Origin: Actinomycetota bacterium
Lineage (GTDB): Bacteria; Actinomycetota; UBA4738; JACQTL01
NCBI GenBank assembly: GCA_045805265.1
Contig: JBJMLO010000008.1
Location: forward strand, 128,846 to 192,845
Length of the DNA stretch: 64,000 nucleotides
Direction: 5' to 3'
The position numbers and the translations under genes are program-made. Within the stretch, counting starts at the first letter, position 1, and each line of letters opens with the position of its first letter. Of this stretch, positions 34,999-43,970 are shown piece by piece. The notes beneath the pieces are model-generated. The model was not told where the DNA came from, did no database searches, and saw only the letters and a list, made by a program, of their open reading frames with translations.

Positions 34999-35507
34999 GG
35001 TCCCGCGCGCCGTGGGCGGCGTTCCTCGGAGCGTTCTGGCCGTTCGTCCTGGGCAGCATCCTCGTGGCCGGCGGCCTGGCCGCCATCGTGATCGGGTACC
35101 TGGGCGTGTCCGGGACCGTGTACGTCCCGCTCCAGATGCCGTATCTGGTGAGCGGCGCGGTGCTCGGGCTGGCGCTCGTGATCGTTGGAACCGCGCTGTT
35201 CGTCGTGCAGGTCCTGACCCGCCAGACCCGGCTGCTCCGCCGCCTGCTCTCGGAGGTCGAGGCGCCGCCCCAGCCGGCCCTTCCCGCCGAGTCGACGGCG
35301 GCCACCGAGAAGCTTCACCCCGACGGCGACGGCGCCGCGGTCAACGGCAGCAGCGTGTTCGCCGTGCGCGGAGGCCGGTGGTTCCACCGCCAGGGGTGCA
35401 TCCTGCTCGAGGGCAAATCGTCCCGCGCCATGGCCCCCCGCGAGGCCGAGGACCTCGGGCTCGCGCCGTGCCGGCTGTGCGACCCGGTGGTTCCGGCCGG
35501 AACGTAA
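34995..35507 (+). CDS. small membrane protein (two TM helices) with a Cys-containing C-terminal tail, hypothetical
   Basis: C-terminal part of track ORF 33729..35507. The ATG overlaps the preceding stop (ATGA). MRSRAPWAAFLGAFWPFVLGSILVAGGLAAIVIGYLG.... Confidence 0.6.
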   Translation: MRSRAPWAAFLGAFWPFVLGSILVAGGLAAIVIGYLGVSGTVYVPLQMPYLVSGAVLGLALVIVGTALFVVQVLTRQTRLLRRLLSEVEAPPQPALPAESTAATEKLHPDGDGAAVNGSSVFAVRGGRWFHRQGCILLEGKSSRAMAPREAEDLGLAPCRLCDPVVPAGT

Positions 35508-35535
35508 GGCCGTCTGTAGACTGAAATCCCGCCGA

Positions 35536-35611
35536 GGTCCCATCGTCTAGTGGCCTAGGACACCACCCTCTCAAGGTGGAGACACGGGTTCAAATCCCGT
35601 TGGGACTACCA
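35536..35611 (+). tRNA. tRNA-Glu (anticodon CUC)
   Basis: GGTCCCATCGTCTAGTGGCCTAGGACACCACCCTCTCAAGGTGGAGACACGGGTTCAAATCCCGTTGGGACTACCA folds as a cloverleaf. The acceptor has a G1:U72 wobble, the anticodon stem is CCACC/GGTGG, the loop is CTCTCAA (U33, A37), the T-arm is ACGGG-TTCAAAT-CCCGT, and CCA is encoded. It closely resembles E. coli tRNA-Glu. Coordinates are +/-1. Confidence 0.85.
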
Positions 35612-35626
35612 GAGAGAACATGCGGG

Positions 35627-35860
35627 TCAGGCCGGGTTTCCTGCTCCCCGCGCTCGCGATCTCATGTCGTTGATCCCGTCCTCGTCCCGACCCGGTCCCG
35701 TGGACGACACGGGACGGAGCCTCTTCGACTCCTTGGTGCTGCGCCTCCGCATGGTTCCGAGCTTCTGCCCGATCTCGCGGTCGAGGCCCTCGAAGAGACT
35801 GACGTAGTGCTGCTCAACCATGCGTGTCGACGTGTGGCCGAGTCGGGCGCCCCAAAGCCG
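35627..35860 (-). pseudogene. C-terminal remnant (~75 codons) of a tyrosine integrase adjacent to tRNA-Glu
   Basis: The minus-strand frame of track ORF 35627..35821, extended upstream to an in-frame stop, reads RLWGARLGHTSTRMVEQHYVSLFEGLDREIGQKLGT.... This matches the conserved integrase C-terminus (LGH-S/T...Y-H). No N-terminal or catalytic core is present. Confidence 0.45.
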
Positions 35861-36107
35861 CTACAAGCCATCGTCGCTGCGATAGCTGCCGGGACCGTCT
35901 CCCTGCGCTGGCTCGCTCAGATGCCCGGTACTCCTCGGGACGGTGCCGCGTGGCCGCATACCGCGCCATGGCCGCCTGAGCGCGAGACCCGCAGCCGCGT
36001 CCCTTGGTCGTGCTGCGCGGGTTCGGCGACCTCCGTCGGTGCGGGCCTTGACTTGCTGAGACGAGTTGCCGCAGTGTTCGTACACCATCGAGGGAGGAGG
36101 GGGAATC

Positions 36108-36845
36108 ATGCGTTCTCGCATCAAGATCGCCAGTGTTGCAGCCGTGGCCGTCCTCGTCGCAGCCGCCATGTTTCACGAGTCACGGAGAGCGGATGCCACA
36201 CAGAATCAGCCAGTCGTGGCGGGGCAAATTAACACCGAGCTGGGGGCAACCTCGATTTGCTGGATGGCGGGCGGTGCTACGTGCACCATCGACAACACGG
36301 GATTCTTTGTGCGGACTGACCTGGCGAACGTGGGTGTGATGGGCAGGACAGATACCTTGAACGGCATCGGTGTCGACGGCGAGTCCGGCAAGACCGGGGC
36401 AACGGGGGTCTATGGGAATGGCACCTACGCCGTACACGGTAAGAGTTTCGACGGCTGGGGCGTATGGGGGGAAGGCCTTGACCGGGGCGTGTACGGGATC
36501 AGCGACAACGAGGGCGTCGTCGGGTTCGGCAACAACGTCGGGATCCGAGCCGAGAGCCCGAACATAGCCCTGCGCGTGAAGGGCAAGGCCGAGTTCAGCC
36601 GCAGTGGAAAGGTGACCATCTCCTACCCGAACAAGCAGGCCACAGTGACCGGCGTCCCGGTCACGGCCAAGAGCCTGGCCTTCGCCACGCTGCAGCAGTT
36701 CCTGGCCGGACGGTACGTGCTGGCGGCCGTCCCCAACCTCGGCGGATCCAGCAACTCGTTCACCATCTACTTGAACAAGGCCCCCGGGTCGAGTTCTGCC
36801 CCCAAGAGCGTGGTTGTGGGCTGGCACGTCATCGAAAGGCCCTAG
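36108..36845 (+). CDS. secreted Gly-rich repeat protein (hypothetical)
   Basis: Track ORF 36066..36845 trimmed to the ATG, which is preceded by GGAGGAGGGGG. Signal peptide is MRSRIKIASVAAVAVLVAAAMFHESRRADA. The body repeats G.GV.G motifs. Local GC is visibly lower than the flanks. Confidence 0.7.
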   Translation: MRSRIKIASVAAVAVLVAAAMFHESRRADATQNQPVVAGQINTELGATSICWMAGGATCTIDNTGFFVRTDLANVGVMGRTDTLNGIGVDGESGKTGATGVYGNGTYAVHGKSFDGWGVWGEGLDRGVYGISDNEGVVGFGNNVGIRAESPNIALRVKGKAEFSRSGKVTISYPNKQATVTGVPVTAKSLAFATLQQFLAGRYVLAAVPNLGGSSNSFTIYLNKAPGSSSAPKSVVVGWHVIERP

Positions 36846-37065
36846 CCCTGGGGTGGTCTTGAAGTCTCGGTTCGCAAACCGCCTGCTCACGGCCCGCCCG
36901 TCCAAATCGTCTTGGGCGACTCCGGCGTGCGGACGATCGGCAGGGGGGCCCTAAGCAAGGAGGCTCGCGGGCCTACCTGGCGTGCGGCGAGTGTAACCGG
37001 ACCGGAGTAGCGCGGACGAGGAGTGTGGTCGGTGGGCCGCGATCGTGCTTACACCGCGCGCAGTC

Positions 37066-37347
37066 TCAGCATGGTGAGGATAGATCCTCGAAGACTCCAA
37101 AATCGCGGGACTCGACATTCTTCATATTCTGGTCGGCCTTGATCGCGTTGAAGACCTCGCCCTTGATGTAGCGCTCGTAGGCCTCCTGATCGGCCCACAG
37201 GTACAGACCTCCGTACGTGTTCGTCTCCGGGTCCCGGAGCAGGGGCTCTCGGGAGACCTGCTCGACGAACGGCCGGATGACTGCGTATTCGGACCGGGCC
37301 AAGAGGCGCGTGACGGCGATGCTCGCCGCATCCGGAGCGACGTTCAA
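37066..37347 (-). CDS. YdhR-like putative monooxygenase family small protein
   Basis: Track ORF 37066..37347 with a TTG start (...GGLYLWADQEAYERYIKGEVFNAIKADQNMKNVESRDFGVFEDL). Confidence 0.5.
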   Translation of the reverse strand: MNVAPDAASIAVTRLLARSEYAVIRPFVEQVSREPLLRDPETNTYGGLYLWADQEAYERYIKGEVFNAIKADQNMKNVESRDFGVFEDLSSPC

Positions 37348-37389
37348 GAGAGTCTCGACCGCCGGACGTAGCTGAAGAGCTGTTCGCGT

Positions 37390-37611
37390 TTACTTGTCGT
37401 ACGCAGACGGCGACGATCCCGAGTTCTGTCCAGACGTCGCCTCCGACCGCCACCAGTCGGCGCCGGCCATCATCTCGCGAACTTGACTGTCGGTGAGGTC
37501 GGGATGAGCCTCGGCGGTATGCGCCTTGATACGTTCAAAAAGCTCCTCGTCGTCGGCCGCGGTGAAATCGATCCGGTCGTGCGATGGGTCTACGCAGTGG
37601 AATCCACGCAT
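37390..37611 (-). CDS. DUF1059-like small metal-binding protein (73 aa)
   Basis: Track ORF 37390..37698 trimmed to MRGFHCVDPSHDRIDFTAADDEELFERIKAHTAEAHPDL, with AGGAGG 4 nt upstream. Confidence 0.65.
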   Translation of the reverse strand: MRGFHCVDPSHDRIDFTAADDEELFERIKAHTAEAHPDLTDSQVREMMAGADWWRSEATSGQNSGSSPSAYDK

Positions 37612-37696
37612 CGCTCCTCCTTCCCGCGGTCTTGACGGGCCCATTGCCCGGACCGCATCGGTGAGAAGGACGATAAGGGTGCGGCCGGCTCGTATC

Positions 37697-40543
37697 ATGA
37701 GGGAGCTCCCTCAGATCCGGTTGGAACGAGATGCACGTAGTGTGGCGGGCATGGCCGAGTTCTTCGGGCGCCCGCACGAGCTCGAACTGGTTCGCGGAGC
37801 TTTGGCTCGGGCGCGCCGGGAGCGGCGCCCGACCGCCGTGGTTGTGGACGGCGAGCCCGGAGTCGGCAAGAGCAGGCTGATCGACGAGGCCTCAAGCATT
37901 GTTCGGGGGGATCGGGTTGCGGTCTCCGCGTACGAGCCGGAGATGAGCCTGCCCTTCTCCCTCGGCCACGACCTGACCCGTGCGCTCGCGCACTCCTCGC
38001 GCGCGGCTGGGCAGATCCTGGGCCCGATGCTCGCGCCGCAGCCGGGCGGTCAGCGGCCCGACTGGTCGTCCGTGTTCGAGGCGGCTCATCGCGCGGCCGG
38101 CGTCGGCGACTCACTGCCCATCACGATCGACGACTTCCAATGGTGTGATGAGCGATCCACGGCGCTCATCCACTACCTGGTGCGCGGGGCCCAGGCCGAT
38201 GGTGATCCTCTGGCGCTCGTCGTTGGCGGTCGGCGGTCAACGCGCGTGAGCGCGCTCGTCACGTCATTGCAGCGACTACTCGGCGACTGTTTGACGCGGG
38301 TGACGCTCGGACCACTGGACCATCACTCGACAGTGGCGCTCGCGATCGCGGTGAACCCGGAGTTGGATCCTCGGGCCGCAGCGGCGGTCGCCGACCGGTC
38401 CGGCGGCTCTCCTTTCTGGTGCGAGCTCCTCGCCGGGACCCGGAACGTCGACGCTGATGTCAAGCGCATCGTCACCGACCGGCTCTCGACGGCGGGCACC
38501 GATGCGGCGGTACTCCTGGAAACGATCGCGGTGCTCGGGCGGCAGGCGCCGGTCGAGGATCTCATCGCCATCCGAGGCTGGCCGGAGGATCGGCTCACGG
38601 CGGCGCGGGTGGAGCTGGTGACGGCAGGCTTGGGCGTGGAGGAGGGAGCCGCATTCCGGATAGTCCACGATCTCGTGAGAGCAGCCGTGGAGAAAGATCT
38701 CCCCGACGAACGGCGCCGTGACATCCACGCTCGGGTCGCGTCTTGGCTGGAGAGCATCGCCGGCGAGAACGTGACGCTGCTGCTGCGGGCGTCGGAAGCC
38801 AAGAATCGAGCGGGGCTGGACCACCTGCCACTCACCCTCCGGATCGTACGGTCACCGATGCGCAGGCTGGTGGACCTCGAGGGGCTACGGTCGATCGCCG
38901 CTCTCATCGACTCGGTGCCGGCCGGCACGCCGCAGGAGCGCGAGCTGCAAACCGAACTCGCATCCTTGGCCGCGGAGCTCGGTCAGCACGGGCTTGCGAT
39001 GGAGCGTTGGGCACGCATCGCTGACAGGCTGGATGAGCCGCGTGATCGCGCGCGCGCCTGGCTGGGTGCATCCGAGGCGGCACAGCAGCTCGAGAGGGCC
39101 GATGATGCACGCGCACACCTCGAGCGCGCGCGGGGTGCCGGCAGCGACGACCCGGTTTTACTCCTGGAGCTTCAGGCTGCGGACGCAGCGATCACACGGT
39201 GGCTCGAGCATCGCCCGCAGGAAGCGGGGAGCGCGACGATCGCCGCCCTCGGACGCGCCCGCGCGTTGGCCGCTTCGACCGGCGCGAGGGAGGCGCTGGA
39301 ACCACGCCTCCAGAGCGCGTACCAACGCACTCTCGTGCTCGCCTGCGTAGACGCAATGCAGGCGAACGAGCCGGAGAACATTCTGCCCCTGACAGAGGAG
39401 ATGACACGGGTTGCAGCCGGCGCCGGCATCGAGGCATCGCTGCAGGCGAGCCTCCGGCGTGGCTCGGCTCTCACGCTCCTGGGCCGCCTCGCCGAAGCCG
39501 AGGGGCGGCTTGGACCGGCGTGGCTGGAGGCGCGCCGTGCGTCTCTTCCGGGGATCGCTCTGGACATCGGGGTGTGGCTCGCCCAAACGAGGTACATCGC
39601 CGGCCGCCTTATCGAGGCACAGGAGGTGGCCGACGAATGTGAGGCGCTTGCGGAGCGCATCGGCGAATATTCTCGGCAGGCCATGCTCGCGAGGATGTGG
39701 CGGCTGATCATCACGATCTCCGCCGGCGACCAAGACGCCGCACTCGCCGGCCTCCGGGCGCTGTGCGAGAGCGAACGGGATCCTCATCATCGCATCCCCC
39801 TCCATCAGGCCATCGCGCGCTGGCGGTCACGGCTCAACGGAGCCGCGAGCGCCGACGAGGTGCATGCGCGGATCGCCAGCGGCCGGGGGGACATGGAGGA
39901 CGCGCGATGCACCCGATGCGGCCTCGAGTTCATCAGAGCGGCCACCGAATCGCTGGCGCGCATCGGCGCCGTTGCCGAGGCTGTGCGCTGGTTCAAAGAG
40001 GCGGAGCACGCGCCGCCGCGGGGCGACCTTCAAGCGTGGGACCATCTGCGAGCCCGATCGACCCTGGCCGCAGCAGGGCACGGGGATCATGCCTCGCTTG
40101 AAGAAGCCGTCGACATGGCGGACAGACTGGGGATGGGCATCGAATCGATCTGGGCGCGCACGAGCCTCGCGCGCGTGAAGGCGGTCGAGGGCGACACGGC
40201 CGGAGCGGAGACGGTCCTGCGGCTCGCCTCGGCGACCGCCGAGGAAAGGGGAGCCGCGACAGAGCGAGCTCATATCGACCAGCTCCTGCGCCAACTGGGC
40301 GTCCGCACCTGGCGACGCAGGTCGCGCGTACGAGCGACCGGTGATCTCTCCGTCCTGAGTGACCGCGAGCGCGAGATCGCGAACCTCATCACGGGTGGCG
40401 CCAGCAACCCGGATATCGCGCGCACGCTGTTCCTGTCGCGCAAGACGGTGGAGAGACACGTCTCGAGCATCCTGGCGAAGCTTGAAGTAAGGAATCGTGC
40501 CCAGCTTGCGGCCAGGATGGCAACCAGCGATCGGCCCCGCTAG
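37697..40543 (+). CDS. LAL-family (large ATP-binding LuxR-type) transcriptional regulator
   Basis: Track ORF 37526..40543. The N-terminal AAA/NB-ARC region is FFGRPHELELVRGALARARRERRPTAVVVDGEPGVGKSRLIDEA, followed by TPR-like helices and a C-terminal LuxR HTH (SDREREIANLITGGASNPDIARTLFLSRKTVERHVSSILAKL). The start is either the ATG at 37697 or the one at 37751. Confidence 0.8.
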   Translation: MRELPQIRLERDARSVAGMAEFFGRPHELELVRGALARARRERRPTAVVVDGEPGVGKSRLIDEASSIVRGDRVAVSAYEPEMSLPFSLGHDLTRALAHSSRAAGQILGPMLAPQPGGQRPDWSSVFEAAHRAAGVGDSLPITIDDFQWCDERSTALIHYLVRGAQADGDPLALVVGGRRSTRVSALVTSLQRLLGDCLTRVTLGPLDHHSTVALAIAVNPELDPRAAAAVADRSGGSPFWCELLAGTRNVDADVKRIVTDRLSTAGTDAAVLLETIAVLGRQAPVEDLIAIRGWPEDRLTAARVELVTAGLGVEEGAAFRIVHDLVRAAVEKDLPDERRRDIHARVASWLESIAGENVTLLLRASEAKNRAGLDHLPLTLRIVRSPMRRLVDLEGLRSIAALIDSVPAGTPQERELQTELASLAAELGQHGLAMERWARIADRLDEPRDRARAWLGASEAAQQLERADDARAHLERARGAGSDDPVLLLELQAADAAITRWLEHRPQEAGSATIAALGRARALAASTGAREALEPRLQSAYQRTLVLACVDAMQANEPENILPLTEEMTRVAAGAGIEASLQASLRRGSALTLLGRLAEAEGRLGPAWLEARRASLPGIALDIGVWLAQTRYIAGRLIEAQEVADECEALAERIGEYSRQAMLARMWRLIITISAGDQDAALAGLRALCESERDPHHRIPLHQAIARWRSRLNGAASADEVHARIASGRGDMEDARCTRCGLEFIRAATESLARIGAVAEAVRWFKEAEHAPPRGDLQAWDHLRARSTLAAAGHGDHASLEEAVDMADRLGMGIESIWARTSLARVKAVEGDTAGAETVLRLASATAEERGAATERAHIDQLLRQLGVRTWRRRSRVRATGDLSVLSDREREIANLITGGASNPDIARTLFLSRKTVERHVSSILAKLEVRNRAQLAARMATSDRPR

Positions 40544-40836
40544 CGGCGCGCGGCCGCGGCGACACGACGCGGTGAGCAGTCAGACAACGTCGCGCTACAC
40601 GTCGCTCGTCGTGACGATCGTGGTGTGGCCCTACTCGATATGGTCGCCCTCAGGTCGGCCCGCGATTCGACGGGCCCGGCCGGCCGAGCGCCGGAGGGAG
40701 AGGGCGGCACCGAGGAAACGAGCCTCGTGACGGTCTGCTGCCCGTTCGGCGGCTGTCAGTGCAAGTATCCGTCGGACTCGTCGGGCCGAAAATCCAGGCT
40801 TGAAGTGTGTCGAAGGGATCCAGGAGAGGAGGGACC

Positions 40837-41304
40837 GTGGCCGAGGACCGAGGCAACGTCCGCATGATCGCGACCGGTGAGGGCGAGGAGATCGACTTCC
40901 GCGGAGCGAGGATCATCCGGAAGGTCCGCCAAGAGGAGACCGGCAGTCGGTGGGCCTTCGGCGAGTCATTCAACGAGGCTGGGTTCCACAACACGCCGCA
41001 CGTCCACAGCGAACCGGAGGGCTTCTACGTCCTCGAGGGGGAGTACCGCTTCTACACGGAGGGAGCGACGAGGGCCGCCCCCGCGGGGACGTTCGTGTTC
41101 ATCCCGCCCAACACCCGCCACGGCTTCGTCGCGGGACACGACGGTGGACGCCTGCTCTGTCTGTGGCCGGCCGCCTTCGACGGCTACTTCTGGGACATGC
41201 GGGAGGCGTTCCGAACCCACGGCGAGGACCCCGCAGCGCTCGCGGAGGTTGCCGGGAGTCATGGCATGACATCGTTGCCCGTCCCCGCGGTTCCCGGAGA
41301 GTGA
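40837..41304 (+). CDS. cupin domain protein
   Basis: Track ORF 40807..41304 trimmed to the GTG after GGAGAGGAGGG. ...FHNTPHVHSEPEGFYVLEGEYRFYTEG...FVFIPPNTRHGFVAG. Confidence 0.7.
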   Translation: MAEDRGNVRMIATGEGEEIDFRGARIIRKVRQEETGSRWAFGESFNEAGFHNTPHVHSEPEGFYVLEGEYRFYTEGATRAAPAGTFVFIPPNTRHGFVAGHDGGRLLCLWPAAFDGYFWDMREAFRTHGEDPAALAEVAGSHGMTSLPVPAVPGE

Positions 41305-41358
41305 GTGCCCAACAGAACAGCGCCTCGATTGGAGAACGGTGACCCTGGATGGTGACCG

Positions 41359-41721
41359 CTACAGTGGTGGGGCGACGCCGAAGGCTTCCTGGATCCTTCG
41401 GAGCTCGCGCATCCTCGGCTCGGTGCGGCCGTTGACCCAGCGGTTCACCGTCTTGAGCGACACGCCGACCGCGCGCGCCGCGGCCTCCTGGGACATGCGC
41501 CGGGCCTTGAGGACTCCGCCCAGCCACACGTCGAATCCCGCCGTGCGGGGCGAGGTGCCCGCGCGCTTCATCGTGCCGCCGGAGACCACGTCCATGGACA
41601 CCGATGCGCCCGCGACGTGGAACCGGAGCGAAAGGTCGCCGTCGCGTCCCCGAAGAAGATCTCGGACCCACCGTTCGGTGACCGGGTCGAGTCCAGGCCC
41701 CTTGACTTCGTGTTCTGCCAT
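41359..41721 (-). CDS. XRE-family HTH transcriptional regulator with a ~60-aa N-terminal domain
   Basis: Track ORF 41359..41784 trimmed to MAEHEVKGPGLDPVTERWVRDLL.... The C-terminus is RRMSQEAAARAVGVSLKTVNRWVNGRTEPRMRELRRIQEAFGV. It is a paralog of 45478..45861. Confidence 0.65.
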   Translation of the reverse strand: MAEHEVKGPGLDPVTERWVRDLLRGRDGDLSLRFHVAGASVSMDVVSGGTMKRAGTSPRTAGFDVWLGGVLKARRMSQEAAARAVGVSLKTVNRWVNGRTEPRMRELRRIQEAFGVAPPL

Positions 41722-41857
41722 GTGGCACCCCCGTACGAGGGGCCAGAGACGACCCCGCATTCCTGTCCACGGAGTGTACGGCAACGAATAGCCTCACGCG
41801 AACCCAACCTCGCAAAAAGGTTCGAGCGGACAGGAAGCGTGCGCAAACGCCGCCGGG

Positions 41858-42271
41858 TCAGGCACGGAACTGCACGTAGCCGCGCATGTTCGACGCCTGG
41901 TGGAAGCGGCAGTAGAACCCGTACTGGCCGGCGGTGGGGACCGTCACGGTGACGGTTCGCGACTGGCCGGGTTCGACGGTGACGTCGACCCCGAGCTCCG
42001 GCGAAGTGAAGGTGTGGGCCTGCACCGACTCGTTGCGCAGCACGACCCTCGCGCTCCGGCCCTGCTCGACGACGATCGCATGGGGCGTGAAGTTGAAGGC
42101 GCGCATGTCGAGCCTGACCTCGCCGCCCCCGCTGGCCACGGCCGGGCGGGAGGTGCGGAACATGTCGCCCACCGCGGTCGCGATCCCGAGGGCCAGCAGG
42201 ATCGCCGCGCCGATTCCCAGGATGCGCGGCAGCCCTCGGCGGGGCTCGTCGTCGCCCCGACCGGCCCTCAC
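41858..42271 (-). CDS. membrane-anchored cupredoxin (type-1 copper) domain protein
   Basis: Track ORF 41858..43147 trimmed to the GTG (VRAGRGDDEPRRGLPRILGIGAAILLALGIATAV...), with GGAGG 4 nt upstream. The C-terminus GQYGFYCRFHQASNMRGYVQF carries the Cys/His/Met copper ligands. Confidence 0.7.
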   Translation of the reverse strand: MRAGRGDDEPRRGLPRILGIGAAILLALGIATAVGDMFRTSRPAVASGGGEVRLDMRAFNFTPHAIVVEQGRSARVVLRNESVQAHTFTSPELGVDVTVEPGQSRTVTVTVPTAGQYGFYCRFHQASNMRGYVQFRA

Positions 42272-42999
42272 GCCGCCTCCGCCTCCCGGCCGAGCTCGAA
42301 GATCCGGAACGGGAGGCGGATCACCGGCTGGGCCACGTTCCGGACGGGGACCCCGCCCGGCGTGACCCCCTGGTCCCGCCCCCGGTGCGCATGGCCGTGC
42401 AGCGCGATGTCCGCGCCCGCCCGGTCCACCGCCTCCGCCAGCAGGTAGCTCCCCAGGAACGCGAAGATCTCCGGCGGCTCGCCGTGCAGGGTGTCCTTCA
42501 CCGGCGAGTAGTGCATCAGCGCCACGCGGTGGTCGGCGCCCGAGATCTCGCCGAGGGCCCGCTCCAGCGCCCCGGCCTCGTCCCTCGCGTACCGGACGAA
42601 CGACTTCATCTCGCGCTCCCCGAAGTCCGTCGCGCTGGCCCCGACGAAGCCGCCGCAGAACCCCTTCACGCCGGCCACCCCCACCGTGCCGCCCGCGTGC
42701 TCGATCGTGTGGCTCTCGCCCTCCAGCACCACGACTCCGACCTCCTCGAGCAGGGCGCGGATCCTGACCTCCTCGTCCGATTCGTGGTCGTGATTGCCGA
42801 GGACGGCGATCACCGGAACCTCGACGCGCGCCAGCTCCCCGGCCAGCACGGCCGCCTCGTCCGCGCGGCCGTGCTGGGTGAGGTCGCCGGCCAGCAGCAG
42901 CACGTCGGCGCATTCCGGAAGGCGCTCGAGGTGCGGGGCCATCAGGCCGGCGGAGTCCAGGCCGTAGTGCACGTCGCCGGCGGCAGCGATGCGGATCAC
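42268..42999 (-). CDS. metallophosphoesterase (calcineurin-like)
   Basis: Track ORF 42268..42999. GDVHYG...LLAGDLTQHG...VLGNHDHE...GHAHRG. Confidence 0.8.
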   Translation of the reverse strand: MIRIAAAGDVHYGLDSAGLMAPHLERLPECADVLLLAGDLTQHGRADEAAVLAGELARVEVPVIAVLGNHDHESDEEVRIRALLEEVGVVVLEGESHTIEHAGGTVGVAGVKGFCGGFVGASATDFGEREMKSFVRYARDEAGALERALGEISGADHRVALMHYSPVKDTLHGEPPEIFAFLGSYLLAEAVDRAGADIALHGHAHRGRDQGVTPGGVPVRNVAQPVIRLPFRIFELGREAEAA

Positions 43000-43262
43000 G
43001 AGACCGTCTCCACGTCGTCGGTCCCGGACAGCGCCGCGACCACCGTGACCTGGTTGTGGATCTCGAGATCGGGGGCGACCTCCCGGACGACCTGCGAGAC
43101 CGCCCGCCGCCGCTCGTCAGTGTGCACGGTCCCCGTGACGAACACATGCCCGCCGCGAAGCTTCACGCCGAGCTCCAGCTCGCCGACCCGGGGGTCGTGG
43201 ACCAGAGCCTCGCGGATGCGCTGGATGAGGTAGTGGGGAGCTTCCTCCGCGGGGCGTTCCAT
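42996..43262 (-). CDS. BON-domain protein (88 aa)
   Basis: C-terminal part of track ORF 42996..44513. MERPAEEAPHYLIQRIREALVHDPRVGELELGVKLRGGHVFVTGTVHTDERRRAVSQVVREVAPDLEIHNQVTV. Confidence 0.65.
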   Translation of the reverse strand: MERPAEEAPHYLIQRIREALVHDPRVGELELGVKLRGGHVFVTGTVHTDERRRAVSQVVREVAPDLEIHNQVTVVAALSGTDDVETVS

Positions 43263-43891
43263 CACTTGCCTCCTTCGTCGGGTCCGCGTTCTTCCTCGGC
43301 CACGGCGAACAGCGTCCGCACCGCGGTGGCCGGCACCGCGAGGTCCTGGGACTGGGCGTACACCAGCAGGGACAGGACCCGGTGGACGCCGTGGCGGGCT
43401 CGCCGGAGCACATAGTCCCAATCCAGGTCGTGCCGCGCGATGATCGACAGGGCCTCGGCCCAGTAGGTGGGCGTCTGTTCGCCGAACGCCAGCGCCTTCA
43501 TGACGACGGTGTCCTCGGCGGACACCACGGGGACCGCCACGCCCTCGACGTCCCGCTCGACCACCCGCTCGATCATCTCGTCGTCGAGGTAGACGTCGCC
43601 CGCAGCGCGGAAGATGAGGTCGACCCCGACGCCGTCGCGCATCGCCCTGCGCAGCCAGTGCTCGTCGGTGGTCGGCACGGCTTCGAAACCCTCCCCGACC
43701 AGGGCGGCCAGCGCCGCCTCCGCGTCCTGGGGGCGCACCATGAGGTCGACGTCGGCCGAGGCCGGGTCCCACCGGGGCCGGCCCCACACCACCGCGGCCA
43801 GGCCACCGATCGCGCCGAACGGCAGGTCGCGGGCGGCCAGTGCCTTCACCGCACGCTCCAGGGCGTCGACGAACCTCCCGAGGTCGGGCAC
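43262..43891 (-). CDS. nucleotidyltransferase-like family protein
   Basis: Track ORF 43262..44236 trimmed to the GTG (VPDLGRFVDALERAVKALAARDLPFGAIGGLAAVVWGRPR...DVDLMV...). Confidence 0.65.
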   Translation of the reverse strand: MPDLGRFVDALERAVKALAARDLPFGAIGGLAAVVWGRPRWDPASADVDLMVRPQDAEAALAALVGEGFEAVPTTDEHWLRRAMRDGVGVDLIFRAAGDVYLDDEMIERVVERDVEGVAVPVVSAEDTVVMKALAFGEQTPTYWAEALSIIARHDLDWDYVLRRARHGVHRVLSLLVYAQSQDLAVPATAVRTLFAVAEEERGPDEGGK

Positions 43892-43970
43892 AACACACCT
43901 CGTACCCGGGGCGGCCGAGGCCGATACCTGGCGGCCGTTTCCACGTGCGAGCCCCGGGTACCCCCGTTCC

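Noticed and set aside
35576-36232. Several short ORFs around the tRNA and integrase remnant that might be small genes
   Set aside because: Compositionally biased and without RBS. The only meaningful coding signal there is the integrase C-terminal fragment.
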